NCBI GenBank assembly: GCA_963738405.1
Contig: CAVTWJ010000014.1
Location: forward strand, 1-64,000
Origin: a candidate division FCPU426 bacterium
Lineage (GTDB): Bacteria; Oederibacteriota; Muellerivitia; Muellerivitales; Muellerivitaceae
Direction of reading: 5' to 3'
Length of the DNA stretch: 64,000 nt
Shown here: positions 29,275 through 38,798 of the stretch, one piece after another
Layout: the number at the start of each line of letters is the position of its first letter
How positions within the stretch are numbered: position 1 is the stretch's first letter
Translations under genes and position numbers: made by a program
Notes under the pieces: model-generated
Told to the model about the DNA's origin: nothing
Databases searched by the model: none
The model's input: the letters and a program-made list of their open reading frames with translations, nothing else

Positions 29275-32079
29275 TTAATGCGCCTCCAACCAGTTCTTCC
29301 CCACTCCCACATCCACTTTGAGAGGCACCTTCAGTTCCATCGCCCCTTCCATCTCTTTGATGATGAGCTTCTTGGCGTCCTCCACTTCTGCCTTGGGCGC
29401 TTCAAAAACCAATTCATCATGCACCTGCAAAAGCATTGTGGTTTCCATCTTCTTTTGTTTCAGTTTGGCGTGCAGGCGCACCATGGCGATTTTAATCAGA
29501 TCTGCGGCGGATCCCTGGATAGGAGTGTTGACCGCCATGTGTTCAGCCGCGATCTTGAGCCCGATATTAGTGGAATGTATTTCCGGCAGAAGACGCTTGC
29601 GTCCCAGGATGGTGGAAACATAACCCTGTTCTTTCGCTGTTTCCACGCACTCGGTGGTGAATTTCTGGATTCCGGGATACTTGGCCAAGTAATCCTCGAT
29701 GAACTTCTTGGCCTCGGCCATGGAAACCCCGTTTTCACGGGCTAACCTTTGTGGGCCCATGCCGTAAATGACTCCAAAATTGATAGTCTTGGCCTGGCTG
29801 CGTTGGGTGGAAGTGACCTGGTCCATAGGCACCCCGAAGATGAGAGAGGCTGTGCGCCGGTGGACGTCCTCGTCCTTTTTGAATGTCTCGATCAGGTTCG
29901 GGTCGCCCGTGATGTGAGCGAGGACCCGCAGTTCGATCTGGGAATAGTCGGCTGAAATGAGTGCGTGCTTGGAATCCTTGGCCACGAAAGCCCCCCGAAT
30001 GCGACGCCCGAATTCGGAGCGGATGGGGATGTTCTGCAAGTTCGGATCGTTGGAAGACAGGCGGCCCGTGGCCGCCACCGCCTGGCTGTAGGAGGTGTGA
30101 ATGCGGCCGTCCTTAGGGCTCGCCATTCCGGGCAAAACGTCGAGATAGGTGTTCTTGAGCTTGGAAAGCTGGCGGTAGTCCAGCATCAGGTCCGCGATGG
30201 GAACACCCTTGAGGTTTTCCAGGACATCCACGTCGGTGGCATAGCCGGTTTTGGTCTTCTTGACCCGGGTGCCCCCTATTTTTTGCACCTGCATCTTCTC
30301 GAAAAGGATCTTGCCCAGTTGCAGGGGCGAGCCGATGTTGAACTCCTCCCCCGCTTCCTTATAGATCTTTTTGGTAAGTTTTTTCAGCTCACTTTCCGCC
30401 TCGGCGGAAAGGTCCTCCAATAACTGGGGGTCAATCGCGATGCCTGAGCGCTCCATATCCTCCAGCACCAACACCAGGGGCAGTTCCACTTCCTCATACA
30501 GCTTCTGAAGTCCTTCCTTTTTCAGTCGCGGGGCGAAGAGGTTGTGCGCGCGCAGGGTGAAGTCCACGTCCTCGCAAGCGTATTGGGTGAGGTCCTCCAG
30601 GGGCACCTGGTCCATGGTGATTTCTTTTTTTCCTTTTCCGATCAGGGCCTCGGTGGGAATCTTGGTGTAGTTGAAGTGCTTCAAGGCAATGGCGTCCAGG
30701 TTGTGCTGGCGGTAGGAGGAATCCAAAAGGAAACTCTCGAGCATGGTGTCGAAGACAAACCCTTTCGGTTCGATGCCGTGGCTCTTGAAGACGGCCCAGT
30801 CGTACTTGCTGTTTTGCCCGCCCTTTTCGATCTTCGGGTTTTCCAAGAAAGGCTTGAGGAGCTTGACGACCTTCTCTTTTCCGAGTTCTTGGTTGAATGG
30901 GATAAAGACCGCTTCCTTTTCTTTCCAGCAAAGGGACGCGCCCACAATGTCCACCGTCAAGGGGTCGAGCCCCGTGGTTTCGGTGTCCACGGCCACCAGG
31001 CCGGCCTTGGCTGCGGCCTCCAGCGCCTTTTCGATTTCTTCTTCGGTCAGGAGGCTTCGGTATTTATCCGATACATGCTTCACTTGGGCCACGGCAGGTT
31101 CCAGCGCTTCCTCTTTTTCCTTTTTGGCGGCCTTTTCTTTTTTCCCCTTCTTGGGGGACTCGGAAGGGCTTTCCAGGACAAAGTCTGTCGCCCCAAACTG
31201 GGCCGCATACTCCTCCACCCGGGTCATCATTCGGTTGAATTCCAATTCCTGACAAAGCTCGCGAAGTTCTTTCATGTCGGGCTTTCCAAGAACCATGTCT
31301 TTGGGTTTATCCGGGATCGGCGAGTCGCAATCGATGGTCACCAATTCCTTGGATAGGTCGGCTAGGGCCCTGTTTTGCAGGAGGGATTCCTTCAGTTTCG
31401 GCTTGGTGATCCTGTCGACGTTCTTGAAGAGGTTGTCCATGGACCCGTATTCTTGAATGAGGGTAGTGGCGGTCTTTTCCCCGATTCCGGGAACACCCGG
31501 CACATTGTCCGAGGCATCACCCATCAGGGCCAGCACGTCGATGACCTGTTCGGGTTTCACACCGAATTTTTCCATGACGTCCTTCTCATCCGCCATGGAC
31601 CAGTCGTTGGGCCATTTGGGCTTGTACATCTGCACGCCAGGTCCGATCAACTGCATGAAATCCTTGTCGCCGGACACGATCACGCTGTCGATCTTTTCCT
31701 TTTTCGCGCGTGTCACCATGGTGCCAATCAGGTCGTCCGCCTCATAGCCCGGCTTGACCAGAAGCGGCAAGTTGAGGGCCTTGACCATCTTATAAATGTA
31801 AGGGAAACCATTCGCTAAATCCTCGGGCATTTCCTCGCGGTTGGCCTTGTATTCCTTGTAAAGTTTGTGCCGAAAAGTGAGCTCCCGGGAGTCGAAGACC
31901 ACCGCAAAATAATCCGGTTTTTGCTTTCTCAAAATCATCAGCAGGGTATCCACGAAACCGTAGACCGCCGAAGTGTCGAAACCCTTCGATGTTTTCCGGG
32001 GGTTCTTGATAAAGGCAAAATGGGCCCTGTAGGCTACTGCGGCGCCGTCCAGTAGGTACAGACGAGGTTTGGCAATCAT
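29275..32079 (-). CDS. polA: DNA polymerase I
   Basis: EADDLIG, GDKDF, DTET exonuclease motif, TGRLSSNDPNLQNIP, ADYSQIELR, KTINFGVIYG, QVHDEL. Confidence 0.99.
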   Translation of the reverse strand: MIAKPRLYLLDGAAVAYRAHFAFIKNPRKTSKGFDTSAVYGFVDTLLMILRKQKPDYFAVVFDSRELTFRHKLYKEYKANREEMPEDLANGFPYIYKMVKALNLPLLVKPGYEADDLIGTMVTRAKKEKIDSVIVSGDKDFMQLIGPGVQMYKPKWPNDWSMADEKDVMEKFGVKPEQVIDVLALMGDASDNVPGVPGIGEKTATTLIQEYGSMDNLFKNVDRITKPKLKESLLQNRALADLSKELVTIDCDSPIPDKPKDMVLGKPDMKELRELCQELEFNRMMTRVEEYAAQFGATDFVLESPSESPKKGKKEKAAKKEKEEALEPAVAQVKHVSDKYRSLLTEEEIEKALEAAAKAGLVAVDTETTGLDPLTVDIVGASLCWKEKEAVFIPFNQELGKEKVVKLLKPFLENPKIEKGGQNSKYDWAVFKSHGIEPKGFVFDTMLESFLLDSSYRQHNLDAIALKHFNYTKIPTEALIGKGKKEITMDQVPLEDLTQYACEDVDFTLRAHNLFAPRLKKEGLQKLYEEVELPLVLVLEDMERSGIAIDPQLLEDLSAEAESELKKLTKKIYKEAGEEFNIGSPLQLGKILFEKMQVQKIGGTRVKKTKTGYATDVDVLENLKGVPIADLMLDYRQLSKLKNTYLDVLPGMASPKDGRIHTSYSQAVAATGRLSSNDPNLQNIPIRSEFGRRIRGAFVAKDSKHALISADYSQIELRVLAHITGDPNLIETFKKDEDVHRRTASLIFGVPMDQVTSTQRSQAKTINFGVIYGMGPQRLARENGVSMAEAKKFIEDYLAKYPGIQKFTTECVETAKEQGYVSTILGRKRLLPEIHSTNIGLKIAAEHMAVNTPIQGSAADLIKIAMVRLHAKLKQKKMETTMLLQVHDELVFEAPKAEVEDAKKLIIKEMEGAMELKVPLKVDVGVGKNWLEAH

Positions 32080-32138
32080 GCAAGAATTCCTTTCAAACTT
32101 TGGGATTCAAACGTCAGCAGCGGAAAGGATATCGAGAT

Positions 32139-32681
32139 TTAGCCCTTAAGTAAGGCAAGCGGTACGGAATAAATCTCTTTCACGGGGTGATATTCGGCCA
32201 AGGCTAGCCGTTTGTAAAGACCCCGAAAATCATAGGGGGTTTTTTGTACGAAGGTAAAAGCCCTCATCAGATCTTCTTTGGACAGTCCTAGTCCTAAGGT
32301 GCAGTGGGGAACCCAATTCCCTGGCAAATAATGAGAAAGAGCTCCCCGCATCAAATGTTTTATGGAACGATGCAAATGGGCGTGAAGTTTTAGCAAATCC
32401 GAAGTCATCACCGGAGACAGGAAAAGGGGCCTTTCGGCTCCCGGAAAAGTCCCCAAGCTTGAGAAAGAAAAAGGAATCGGATTGAACTGGCGGGCCAGAT
32501 GATTTAAAAGGGGCGGAATCTTATTTCGTGAATACTTATCAAAAACAGCAAGCGTCACATGGGGACTGGCGCCCTCACCGCTTAAAATCGTAGGAATCTT
32601 GTTTTTTTCGAGCAGCTTTCCGATTTTCCGGACCGACTGGTCGGTCTTGGAGTCGAAAAGAAGCTCGATAGCGAAGGGCAT
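32139..32681 (-). CDS. 2H phosphoesterase (2'-5' RNA ligase family)
   Basis: Two HxT motifs: PHVTL and PHCTL. Confidence 0.85.
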   Translation of the reverse strand: MPFAIELLFDSKTDQSVRKIGKLLEKNKIPTILSGEGASPHVTLAVFDKYSRNKIPPLLNHLARQFNPIPFSFSSLGTFPGAERPLFLSPVMTSDLLKLHAHLHRSIKHLMRGALSHYLPGNWVPHCTLGLGLSKEDLMRAFTFVQKTPYDFRGLYKRLALAEYHPVKEIYSVPLALLKG

Positions 32682-32693
32682 GGGGAGTCTCCT

Positions 32694-32733
32694 AAAAAAA
32701 AGCCCCCAACGGTAAGATACCGCCAGGGGCTTT
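32694..32733 (-). terminator. Intrinsic terminator
   Basis: Minus strand AGCCCCTGGCGGTA-TCT-TACCGTTGGGGGCT then a T run; G-U pairs work only on the minus strand. Confidence 0.8.
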
Positions 32734-32800
32734 CTACTATATCACCAACTAAAGGGTTCCGGCAGGAGCCCTGAAATCGTTATCGGAGTGAACGAAAAAA

Positions 32801-33139
32801 TTAAGCCGGTATTCCGTACTTCTTCTTGGCTTCCGGCGTCATGTTTTCGATATGTTCCATCAAAAGGCGGGCGCGGGTTCCGTTGGTCCTTTTCAACTCG
32901 GTGGCCAAGGTTCCTTTCAACCGGCCCTGAAGCATGTCGGCCACTTTGCGGGGTGCATACACGTAAATGTCGACCCCGTCGTCCTTGTAGCTGGTAAAGT
33001 CGTTTCGAATGACGGCGTTGGGCGCGAGTCGCTTCACCTCGCCCTCCATTTTCTTGGCCAATATCTCTGCGGCGGTTTGAGGCATTTCTGCTCCTTCCTC
33101 AGGTTCGTTGGAAAAGCGCTTTCTCTTCCTTACGACCAT
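32801..33139 (-). CDS. Hypothetical protein
   Basis: 112-aa ORF downstream of parB with protein-like composition; start may be MPQTAA. Confidence 0.65.
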   Translation of the reverse strand: MVVRKRKRFSNEPEEGAEMPQTAAEILAKKMEGEVKRLAPNAVIRNDFTSYKDDGVDIYVYAPRKVADMLQGRLKGTLATELKRTNGTRARLLMEHIENMTPEAKKKYGIPA

Positions 33140-33170
33140 AAAAATAATCTAAATCCTTAGTTGCCGATTG

Positions 33171-34037
33171 TCAACGATACCCTGCTTTGCGGAACAAATT
33201 CAGCATTCGGTCCAAATCATCCAGTGAATAATATTCCAGCGTGACTGTTCCTTTTTGCTTGCCCTGGGTCTTGATCGTAACCTTCGTTCCCAGCCAATCC
33301 CTCAAACTTTCCTCCAGCTTGGCCACATTGGGATCTTTGACCTTGGACCCATGTTTCGAACGACGTCCAGGCCCTTTCTGGTTTTGGAGCCATTGCTCCA
33401 CCTCCCGCACAGAAGCCCCGTGATGGAGAATCTTGTCCGCCCATTTTTTTTGCTCCTGGGGGGTTGGAAGCCCGGCTAAAACCCGGGCATGGCCGGCCGT
33501 CAGCCTTCCGGATGCCAAAAGGGACTGCACTTCGGGAGCGAGCTTCAAAAGCCTCAGGGCGTTGGCCACAGTCGCCCGGTCCTTGCCGACCTTTTGAGCT
33601 ATTTGCTCTTGGGTCATTTGAAATTCTTCCTGAAGGCGGTGATACCCTTGGGATTCTTCAATGGGATTCAGGTCGGACCGTTGGAGATTCTCAATCAGGG
33701 CCAATTCCAAGGACTCGACGTCGCTGGCCACCACTTCGGTGACCGGCAGGGTCAAAAGTCCCAATTTTTGGGCCGCACGCCAGCGTCTTTCCCCCGCCAC
33801 GATTTCCCAGATTTCCCCTTTTTTGCGGACCACGATAGGCTGGAGAATCCCCTTTTCACGTACCGAATTGACCAGTTCCTGGAGTTCTTCCGGCCGGAAA
33901 ACCTTCCGGGGCTGGTTGGGATTGGGGCGGATTTTTGAAAGTGGAATCTGCTGCAATCCTCCCCGGCGTTCCTCGAAGGGCCTTTTGGGGATAAGGGCTT
34001 CCAAACCCTTTCCGAGCGCTTTCTTAGTCACGGGCAA
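33171..34037 (-). CDS. parB: Chromosome partitioning protein ParB/Spo0J
   Basis: KKALGKGLEALI, PNPNQPR, IVAGERRWRAA, ENLQRSDL, HTH. Confidence 0.97.
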   Translation of the reverse strand: MPVTKKALGKGLEALIPKRPFEERRGGLQQIPLSKIRPNPNQPRKVFRPEELQELVNSVREKGILQPIVVRKKGEIWEIVAGERRWRAAQKLGLLTLPVTEVVASDVESLELALIENLQRSDLNPIEESQGYHRLQEEFQMTQEQIAQKVGKDRATVANALRLLKLAPEVQSLLASGRLTAGHARVLAGLPTPQEQKKWADKILHHGASVREVEQWLQNQKGPGRRSKHGSKVKDPNVAKLEESLRDWLGTKVTIKTQGKQKGTVTLEYYSLDDLDRMLNLFRKAGYR

Positions 34038-34785
34038 CCACCTCCTTCGTGAGATTTAGGTAGGCTTGGGCTCCGCTGGAGCGGATGTCATAAAGAATAA
34101 TGGGTTTTCCAAAAGAGGGGGATTCGGAAAGCTGAACGTTTCGGGGAATGACTGTTTGATAAATCTTTTCCCCAAAAAATTTCTTCACTTCGTCGCCGAC
34201 CTGATTGGCGAGCCGGGTGCGGGCATCGTGCATGGTCAAGACCGCCCCCTCAATCACCAGATCCGGGTTAAGGCTTTCCCTTACCCTTTCAATGGTTTCC
34301 ATCAGCGAGCTCAAACCTTCAAGGGCGTAGTATTCGCTTTGAATGGGAATCAAGACCGACCGGGCGGCCGTGAGGGCGTTGAGCGTGAGGAACCCCAGGG
34401 AAGGGGGACAGTCGATCAGGATAAAATCAAACCCGTTTTCCACCGATTCCAGAGCTTTTTTGAGCCGTAATTCCCTTTCTTCCATGCCCACCAGTTCCAC
34501 TTCCGCGCCGGTCAAATGGCCGTTGGCGGGGACACAGAAAAGTTTTTGTAATTCGGTAGGCCGAATGGCCTGCAGGATGTCGGCCTCTCCCATGAGGACC
34601 TGGTAAATCGTGGGATCGCATTCGTTTTTATCTAGACCCACACCGCTCGTGGCGTTGCCCTGCGGGTCCAGATCCACCAGCAGGGTCTTTTTTTCGATGG
34701 CCGCCAGACAGGAGGCTAGGTTGACGGTGGTGGTGGTCTTGCCAACCCCGCCCTTTTGATTCGCGATACAGATAATCTTCGTCAT
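34024..34785 (-). CDS. parA: ParA/Soj ATPase
   Basis: NQKGGVGKTTT, DLDPQGNAT, IDCPPSLG, IPRNVQLSESPS. Confidence 0.97.
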   Translation of the reverse strand: MTKIICIANQKGGVGKTTTTVNLASCLAAIEKKTLLVDLDPQGNATSGVGLDKNECDPTIYQVLMGEADILQAIRPTELQKLFCVPANGHLTGAEVELVGMEERELRLKKALESVENGFDFILIDCPPSLGFLTLNALTAARSVLIPIQSEYYALEGLSSLMETIERVRESLNPDLVIEGAVLTMHDARTRLANQVGDEVKKFFGEKIYQTVIPRNVQLSESPSFGKPIILYDIRSSGAQAYLNLTKEVVARD

Positions 34786-34814
34786 TCAAGTTCCTAATTT
34801 TTAACTACTAAGTT

Positions 34815-35777
34815 TTAAGCGCGGTTGCCTTGAAAAATGGCCTGGAGTTTGATCGGCTTGATGAGAAAGCAGAAAAAGCCCAAAAAGGAAAAAAGGATGG
34901 ACCCCACAAAGAGGATCAAGATCGAATAAGCCACGGCCTGATCTGATGTCAAATGGACCAAGCTAAACAAGATAATGAGCGCTCCTTCCCTTGTTCCCAT
35001 ACCTAAAAAGGTGACCAGGGAAACGATGTTCACAACCGAGATGGAAAAGGCGATAAAAGTGAATCCAATGGCCGAAAGACCGATGGAATGGGCTAGTTCC
35101 TCACAGCCCCAGAAATAAATGAGATAGGAAGCGGTAGATAAGAGGATGGGAATTAAAAGACTGGGTTTGTAAAAAGCCCCCATTCCGTCGTGAAAATCAT
35201 CGAACGCCTTATCGGTAATCTCCTTGTGTTCCTTCTTCATAAGCCTCTGAAAAACAGTTTTCAGGATGGCGCCCCCGATTTTCTGGTTGAACGCCAAGAG
35301 GGTTATGGCAAATAGAACTCCGAAGAAAATCCAAACGGTTTTGATCAAAACCGGGTCCACCGGCATGGGATAGAGCAATATGCCAGCCCCCCCTAAGATC
35401 AACAAAAGGTAAAGATCAAATACCCGGTCCACCAAAACACTGGGCATGGCCTTGCCAATGGGTAGCTTCAGGTCTTCCTGGAGATAAAAAATCTTGATGA
35501 AATCCCCCACCCGGCCGGGAGTCACATTTCCCCAAAACAAACTGCCCATATAGATCAAGAAACAATTCCAAACCGAATAAGCCTGCCCCTGCATCCGCAA
35601 GAGATAGCTCCACCGGACGCCCTTGAGAAAGACCATGATAATGAAGGTAAGGAGCCCCAGAGCACATAAGGCGAGGTCGGCGTTTTTTAACAAACCCCAG
35701 GTTTTTGGGATGTCGATTTTAAAGAGGATGAAAACAAACAAGCCGAGACCGATGATGATCGGCAAATATTTTTTCAT
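34815..35777 (-). CDS. Lysylphosphatidylglycerol-synthase TM / flippase-like protein (UPF0104)
   Basis: RW..LL, NVTPGRVGD, VDRVFD, GMGTREG. Confidence 0.85.
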   Translation of the reverse strand: MKKYLPIIIGLGLFVFILFKIDIPKTWGLLKNADLALCALGLLTFIIMVFLKGVRWSYLLRMQGQAYSVWNCFLIYMGSLFWGNVTPGRVGDFIKIFYLQEDLKLPIGKAMPSVLVDRVFDLYLLLILGGAGILLYPMPVDPVLIKTVWIFFGVLFAITLLAFNQKIGGAILKTVFQRLMKKEHKEITDKAFDDFHDGMGAFYKPSLLIPILLSTASYLIYFWGCEELAHSIGLSAIGFTFIAFSISVVNIVSLVTFLGMGTREGALIILFSLVHLTSDQAVAYSILILFVGSILFSFLGFFCFLIKPIKLQAIFQGNRA

Positions 35778-35813
35778 GATGAGGTAAAACCTTTTGGTGA
35801 ATTGACCAGCTTA

Positions 35814-35953
35814 ACCCTGTGCTGAAAAAGTATTTTTCAGCACAGGGTCGACAGCCATGGGATAGAACGAGCCACTAAAAACATGGTTTTTATTTTCTGT
35901 GGCTCGTTCACAAATATGAAAAAGTCCGAATTTCAGACTTTTTCAACAACCTG
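35814..35953. repeat. Triple-hairpin MITE-like element
   Basis: Perfect inverted repeats of 16 bp (35814-35829/35833-35848), 11 bp (35865-35875/35899-35909) and 10 bp (35917-35926/35936-35945); recurrent TGAAAAAGT. Confidence 0.6.
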
Positions 35954-35966
35954 TCAAGGCGGGCTA

Positions 35967-37385
35967 TTATATCCGAAGCATCTTCAAGCCAACACGGGCT
36001 TTTCGGAAAAGGTCCTGGGCCGAGTGGGTATAAGACATATTCTTCATGATCATGCTGGGCCGCAGATAGAAGGACTTATAGGCGTACTTCAGAAGGCTCA
36101 CCAGTTCTTCCCGGTCCATGTGTTCTTCCCAAAGCTTGGGTTTAAAATCGGGCGTGGGGTTTTTGGCAAACTCCGCCCAATAGTCATTCTCATAGCGCCC
36201 CTCTTCCAAAGCCTTGTAATAAATAGCCGTGGCAGGAAAAGGAGTCAGAATGGAAAAATGAACAAAATCCGGGTCCAGTTCCTTGGCGAATTGGATGGTA
36301 TGCAGGGCCATTTCTCGGGTCTCGCCCGGGTTGCCGATCATGAAATAGGCCAGGGTCTTCATGCCGTGGTCCCGGGTGGCATTGAAAATGCGCCGCACAT
36401 GGTCCAGGTCCAGGTCTTTTAAAAGCGTAGCCAGCACTTCCTCGTTGCCGGATTCAACCCCGTAATGGATGCGGTCGCACCCCGCCGAGGCCAGTTCCTT
36501 CAGCATTTCATCGTCCATGCGGTCGGCCCGAGCGCGGATGTCGAAGGAAATCTCAAGCTTGCGTTTCTTGATCTCCCCGCAGATATCAAAAACACGCTTT
36601 CGGTTCACGTTGAAGGTGTCGTCGTAAATAAAAAATTCACGGATGCCAAGCTTAATGCAAGCTTCCATCTCGTTGACCACGCTCATCGCTGAGTGGCTTC
36701 GGAAACGGCGTCCCATGGTGGGGCGATCGCAAAACAAACAGCGGTAGGGGCATCCCCGGCTGGTGAACATGGTAGTAATGGGGTTGTGTTTCGCCAAAAT
36801 GGAATAGTACTTATTGACGGGGGTCAGTTCCCTGGCCGGATAGGGCAGGTTGTCCAAATCTTCCACCGGGGGCGCGGGAGGGTTGTCCTTTACTTGTCCG
36901 GTCGCGGGATCCCGGTAGGCCAAACCGAAAACCTGGGGAAAGGGAAGCAGTCCTTCCAGGGCGCTTAAGAGCTGGGTAAAAGCAAGCTCACCCTCGCCCT
37001 TGATCGCGAAATCCACCTCGTCCATAGCTAGGGTCTCGCGGGCATAAATATGAACATGGGGCCCGCCCATCACGACCTTGCATTTGGGGTTGGCGCGTTT
37101 GGCAGCTTGGGCCACCATGCGCGCGTCGATCACCGTGAAGGTTAGGGTTTGAATCCCGACCACGTCAGGCATGATTTCCCGAATTCGGCTCTCGACCTCG
37201 TCCTGGGAAACCTCCTCCACCTGGCAATCCAGCACCCGAATGTCATGGGCGGTGTTGGCCTTTGCAAATCCGGCCACATACAAAAGACCCAAAGGCGGGT
37301 TGAAACCCCGTTCCTCGTCCACCACGGACGGGATATTGGTAGTAATCATGTTCTCGCTCGGCGGATTGACTAACAAAACCTTCAT
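35967..37385 (-). CDS. Cobalamin-binding radical SAM protein
   Basis: PPLGLLY, VMGGPH, GEGE, SRGCPYRCLFC (CX3CX2C), YDDTF, GVESG. Confidence 0.93.
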   Translation of the reverse strand: MKVLLVNPPSENMITTNIPSVVDEERGFNPPLGLLYVAGFAKANTAHDIRVLDCQVEEVSQDEVESRIREIMPDVVGIQTLTFTVIDARMVAQAAKRANPKCKVVMGGPHVHIYARETLAMDEVDFAIKGEGELAFTQLLSALEGLLPFPQVFGLAYRDPATGQVKDNPPAPPVEDLDNLPYPARELTPVNKYYSILAKHNPITTMFTSRGCPYRCLFCDRPTMGRRFRSHSAMSVVNEMEACIKLGIREFFIYDDTFNVNRKRVFDICGEIKKRKLEISFDIRARADRMDDEMLKELASAGCDRIHYGVESGNEEVLATLLKDLDLDHVRRIFNATRDHGMKTLAYFMIGNPGETREMALHTIQFAKELDPDFVHFSILTPFPATAIYYKALEEGRYENDYWAEFAKNPTPDFKPKLWEEHMDREELVSLLKYAYKSFYLRPSMIMKNMSYTHSAQDLFRKARVGLKMLRI

Positions 37386-37387
37386 GG

Positions 37388-38245
37388 TTATCTCCCCCTC
37401 TTTACCAGCAGATCCGCCAACAATCCCAGGGCCGCCACCTGCAGACCCGCTACCAGAAGAAGAATGGTGACACCGTCAAGAGGCTGTCCCCGGTAAGCGG
37501 ACAAGGCCCCGGCGGCAACTCCTGCTATGAATAGGATACCGCTTAAGGGTATGAATATCTTCAAGGGTTTGAAATACATGACGATTCTTAGCACCAAAGA
37601 AAAGAAGTTGATGGTGTCTTTGATGGGGCTGATTTTGGAAGAACCAATGCGTTCCCGGTACTGAATGGGCAAATAATGCACGATATAACCGTGACATTCC
37701 AGCGCCAGAGTCAGGGTGGTGGTGAAGGAAAACCCGTTAGGGAACAATCCCTCATAGCGCCCGGCTATTTTTTTTCGGAAAACCCTTAAACCCGAGTTCA
37801 GATCGGGAATTTTGCGTTCGGCCAGGTAATTGGCCCATTTCCCCAAAAGCCATTTAGGGAACCGCCGAAGGGTGGGGATAGCGGCATTGGGTTTAATACG
37901 GGCGCCCACCGCCATGTCGGCGGTCTTGACCGATTCAAGAAGGGCTGGCAAATCCTCCGCCGGGTAGGTGCCGTCGGCATCCAAAATGGCGATTAGGTCG
38001 TGTTTAGCCTGACGGATGCCCGCCTTCAAAGAGGCGCCATAGCCGCGGTTTTCACCCATCCGGATTAGGACCGCCCCGGCTTTGCGGGCCGCTAAGGCGG
38101 TTTCGTCTTTACTACCGTCATCCACTACCAGAATTTCAAATGGAATCCGCGCGGCTTTTAAATGTTTGCGCACTTCCCCCACCACGCCCGCGACGCCCTT
38201 TTCCTCGTTATAGGCGGGGATAACTACCGAGACGGCCTCGTTCAT
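37388..38245 (-). CDS. GT2 glycosyltransferase (polyprenol-phosphate glycosyltransferase-like)
   Basis: VVIPAYNEE, VDDGSKD, NRGYG, DADG, DLNSGLR, two C-terminal TMs. Confidence 0.93.
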   Translation of the reverse strand: MNEAVSVVIPAYNEEKGVAGVVGEVRKHLKAARIPFEILVVDDGSKDETALAARKAGAVLIRMGENRGYGASLKAGIRQAKHDLIAILDADGTYPAEDLPALLESVKTADMAVGARIKPNAAIPTLRRFPKWLLGKWANYLAERKIPDLNSGLRVFRKKIAGRYEGLFPNGFSFTTTLTLALECHGYIVHYLPIQYRERIGSSKISPIKDTINFFSLVLRIVMYFKPLKIFIPLSGILFIAGVAAGALSAYRGQPLDGVTILLLVAGLQVAALGLLADLLVKRGR

Positions 38246-38601
38246 TGGAGATCCACTTTCATTTCGGTGTAATGGGGGTCACCCGTGGGAGGGTAAAAAC
38301 TAACCCGGACCTTATAGCTGCCCGGTTTGACCCAGGGCGAAAAGGGGATGGTGCCGTAAAAATACCAGAGGCCCTTATCAACATCCTTAGCGAAAACCAG
38401 CGTCGGACTGCCAAAGGTTTCCACCACGCCAACCACCTTTATGGAGTCCATAGGGGCCTCCACCTTCGCCAGGGCGGGCTGTCCCCGCTTAACGGGCTGG
38501 GGGACAATTTGCAAATTCAGGGAATCATCCCTGACCCCCAATGTGGCGCAGCCTGTCAAAAGGGCGCCGAGCGCCAAAACAAGGGGGAAAGTTTTTCGCA
38601 T
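38242..38601 (-). CDS. Small lipoprotein
   Basis: MRKTFPLVLALGALLTGC lipobox; stop overlaps the GT2 start. Confidence 0.75.
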   Translation of the reverse strand: MRKTFPLVLALGALLTGCATLGVRDDSLNLQIVPQPVKRGQPALAKVEAPMDSIKVVGVVETFGSPTLVFAKDVDKGLWYFYGTIPFSPWVKPGSYKVRVSFYPPTGDPHYTEMKVDLQ

Positions 38602-38798
38602 GACAACCATCCTAGGAGATTTTAAGCAAAAAAGAACCCACTCAACCGGAAAAGTCAATCTTGCATGACCCGGTCTCGCGATTTGAAAAGGGGTTCCCAT
38701 CGCGGGAAGCCTAAGGGGGAAAGGGGCTGTTATTCATTGGGGATAGGACAAGGTCATTCGTCCCAGGAACAGCTTCGATTGAACAAAAATAAGAAAGT

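Noticed and set aside
32700..35800. parS site, DnaA boxes or oriC near parAB
   Set aside because: No TGTTTCACGTGAAACA-like palindrome or DnaA-box cluster seen by eye; a motif scan could still find degenerate ones.
38700..38790. Possible stem GGGGCTGTT/AACAGCTTC with an inner hairpin
   Set aside because: Weak and wobble-rich, with no recognisable family.
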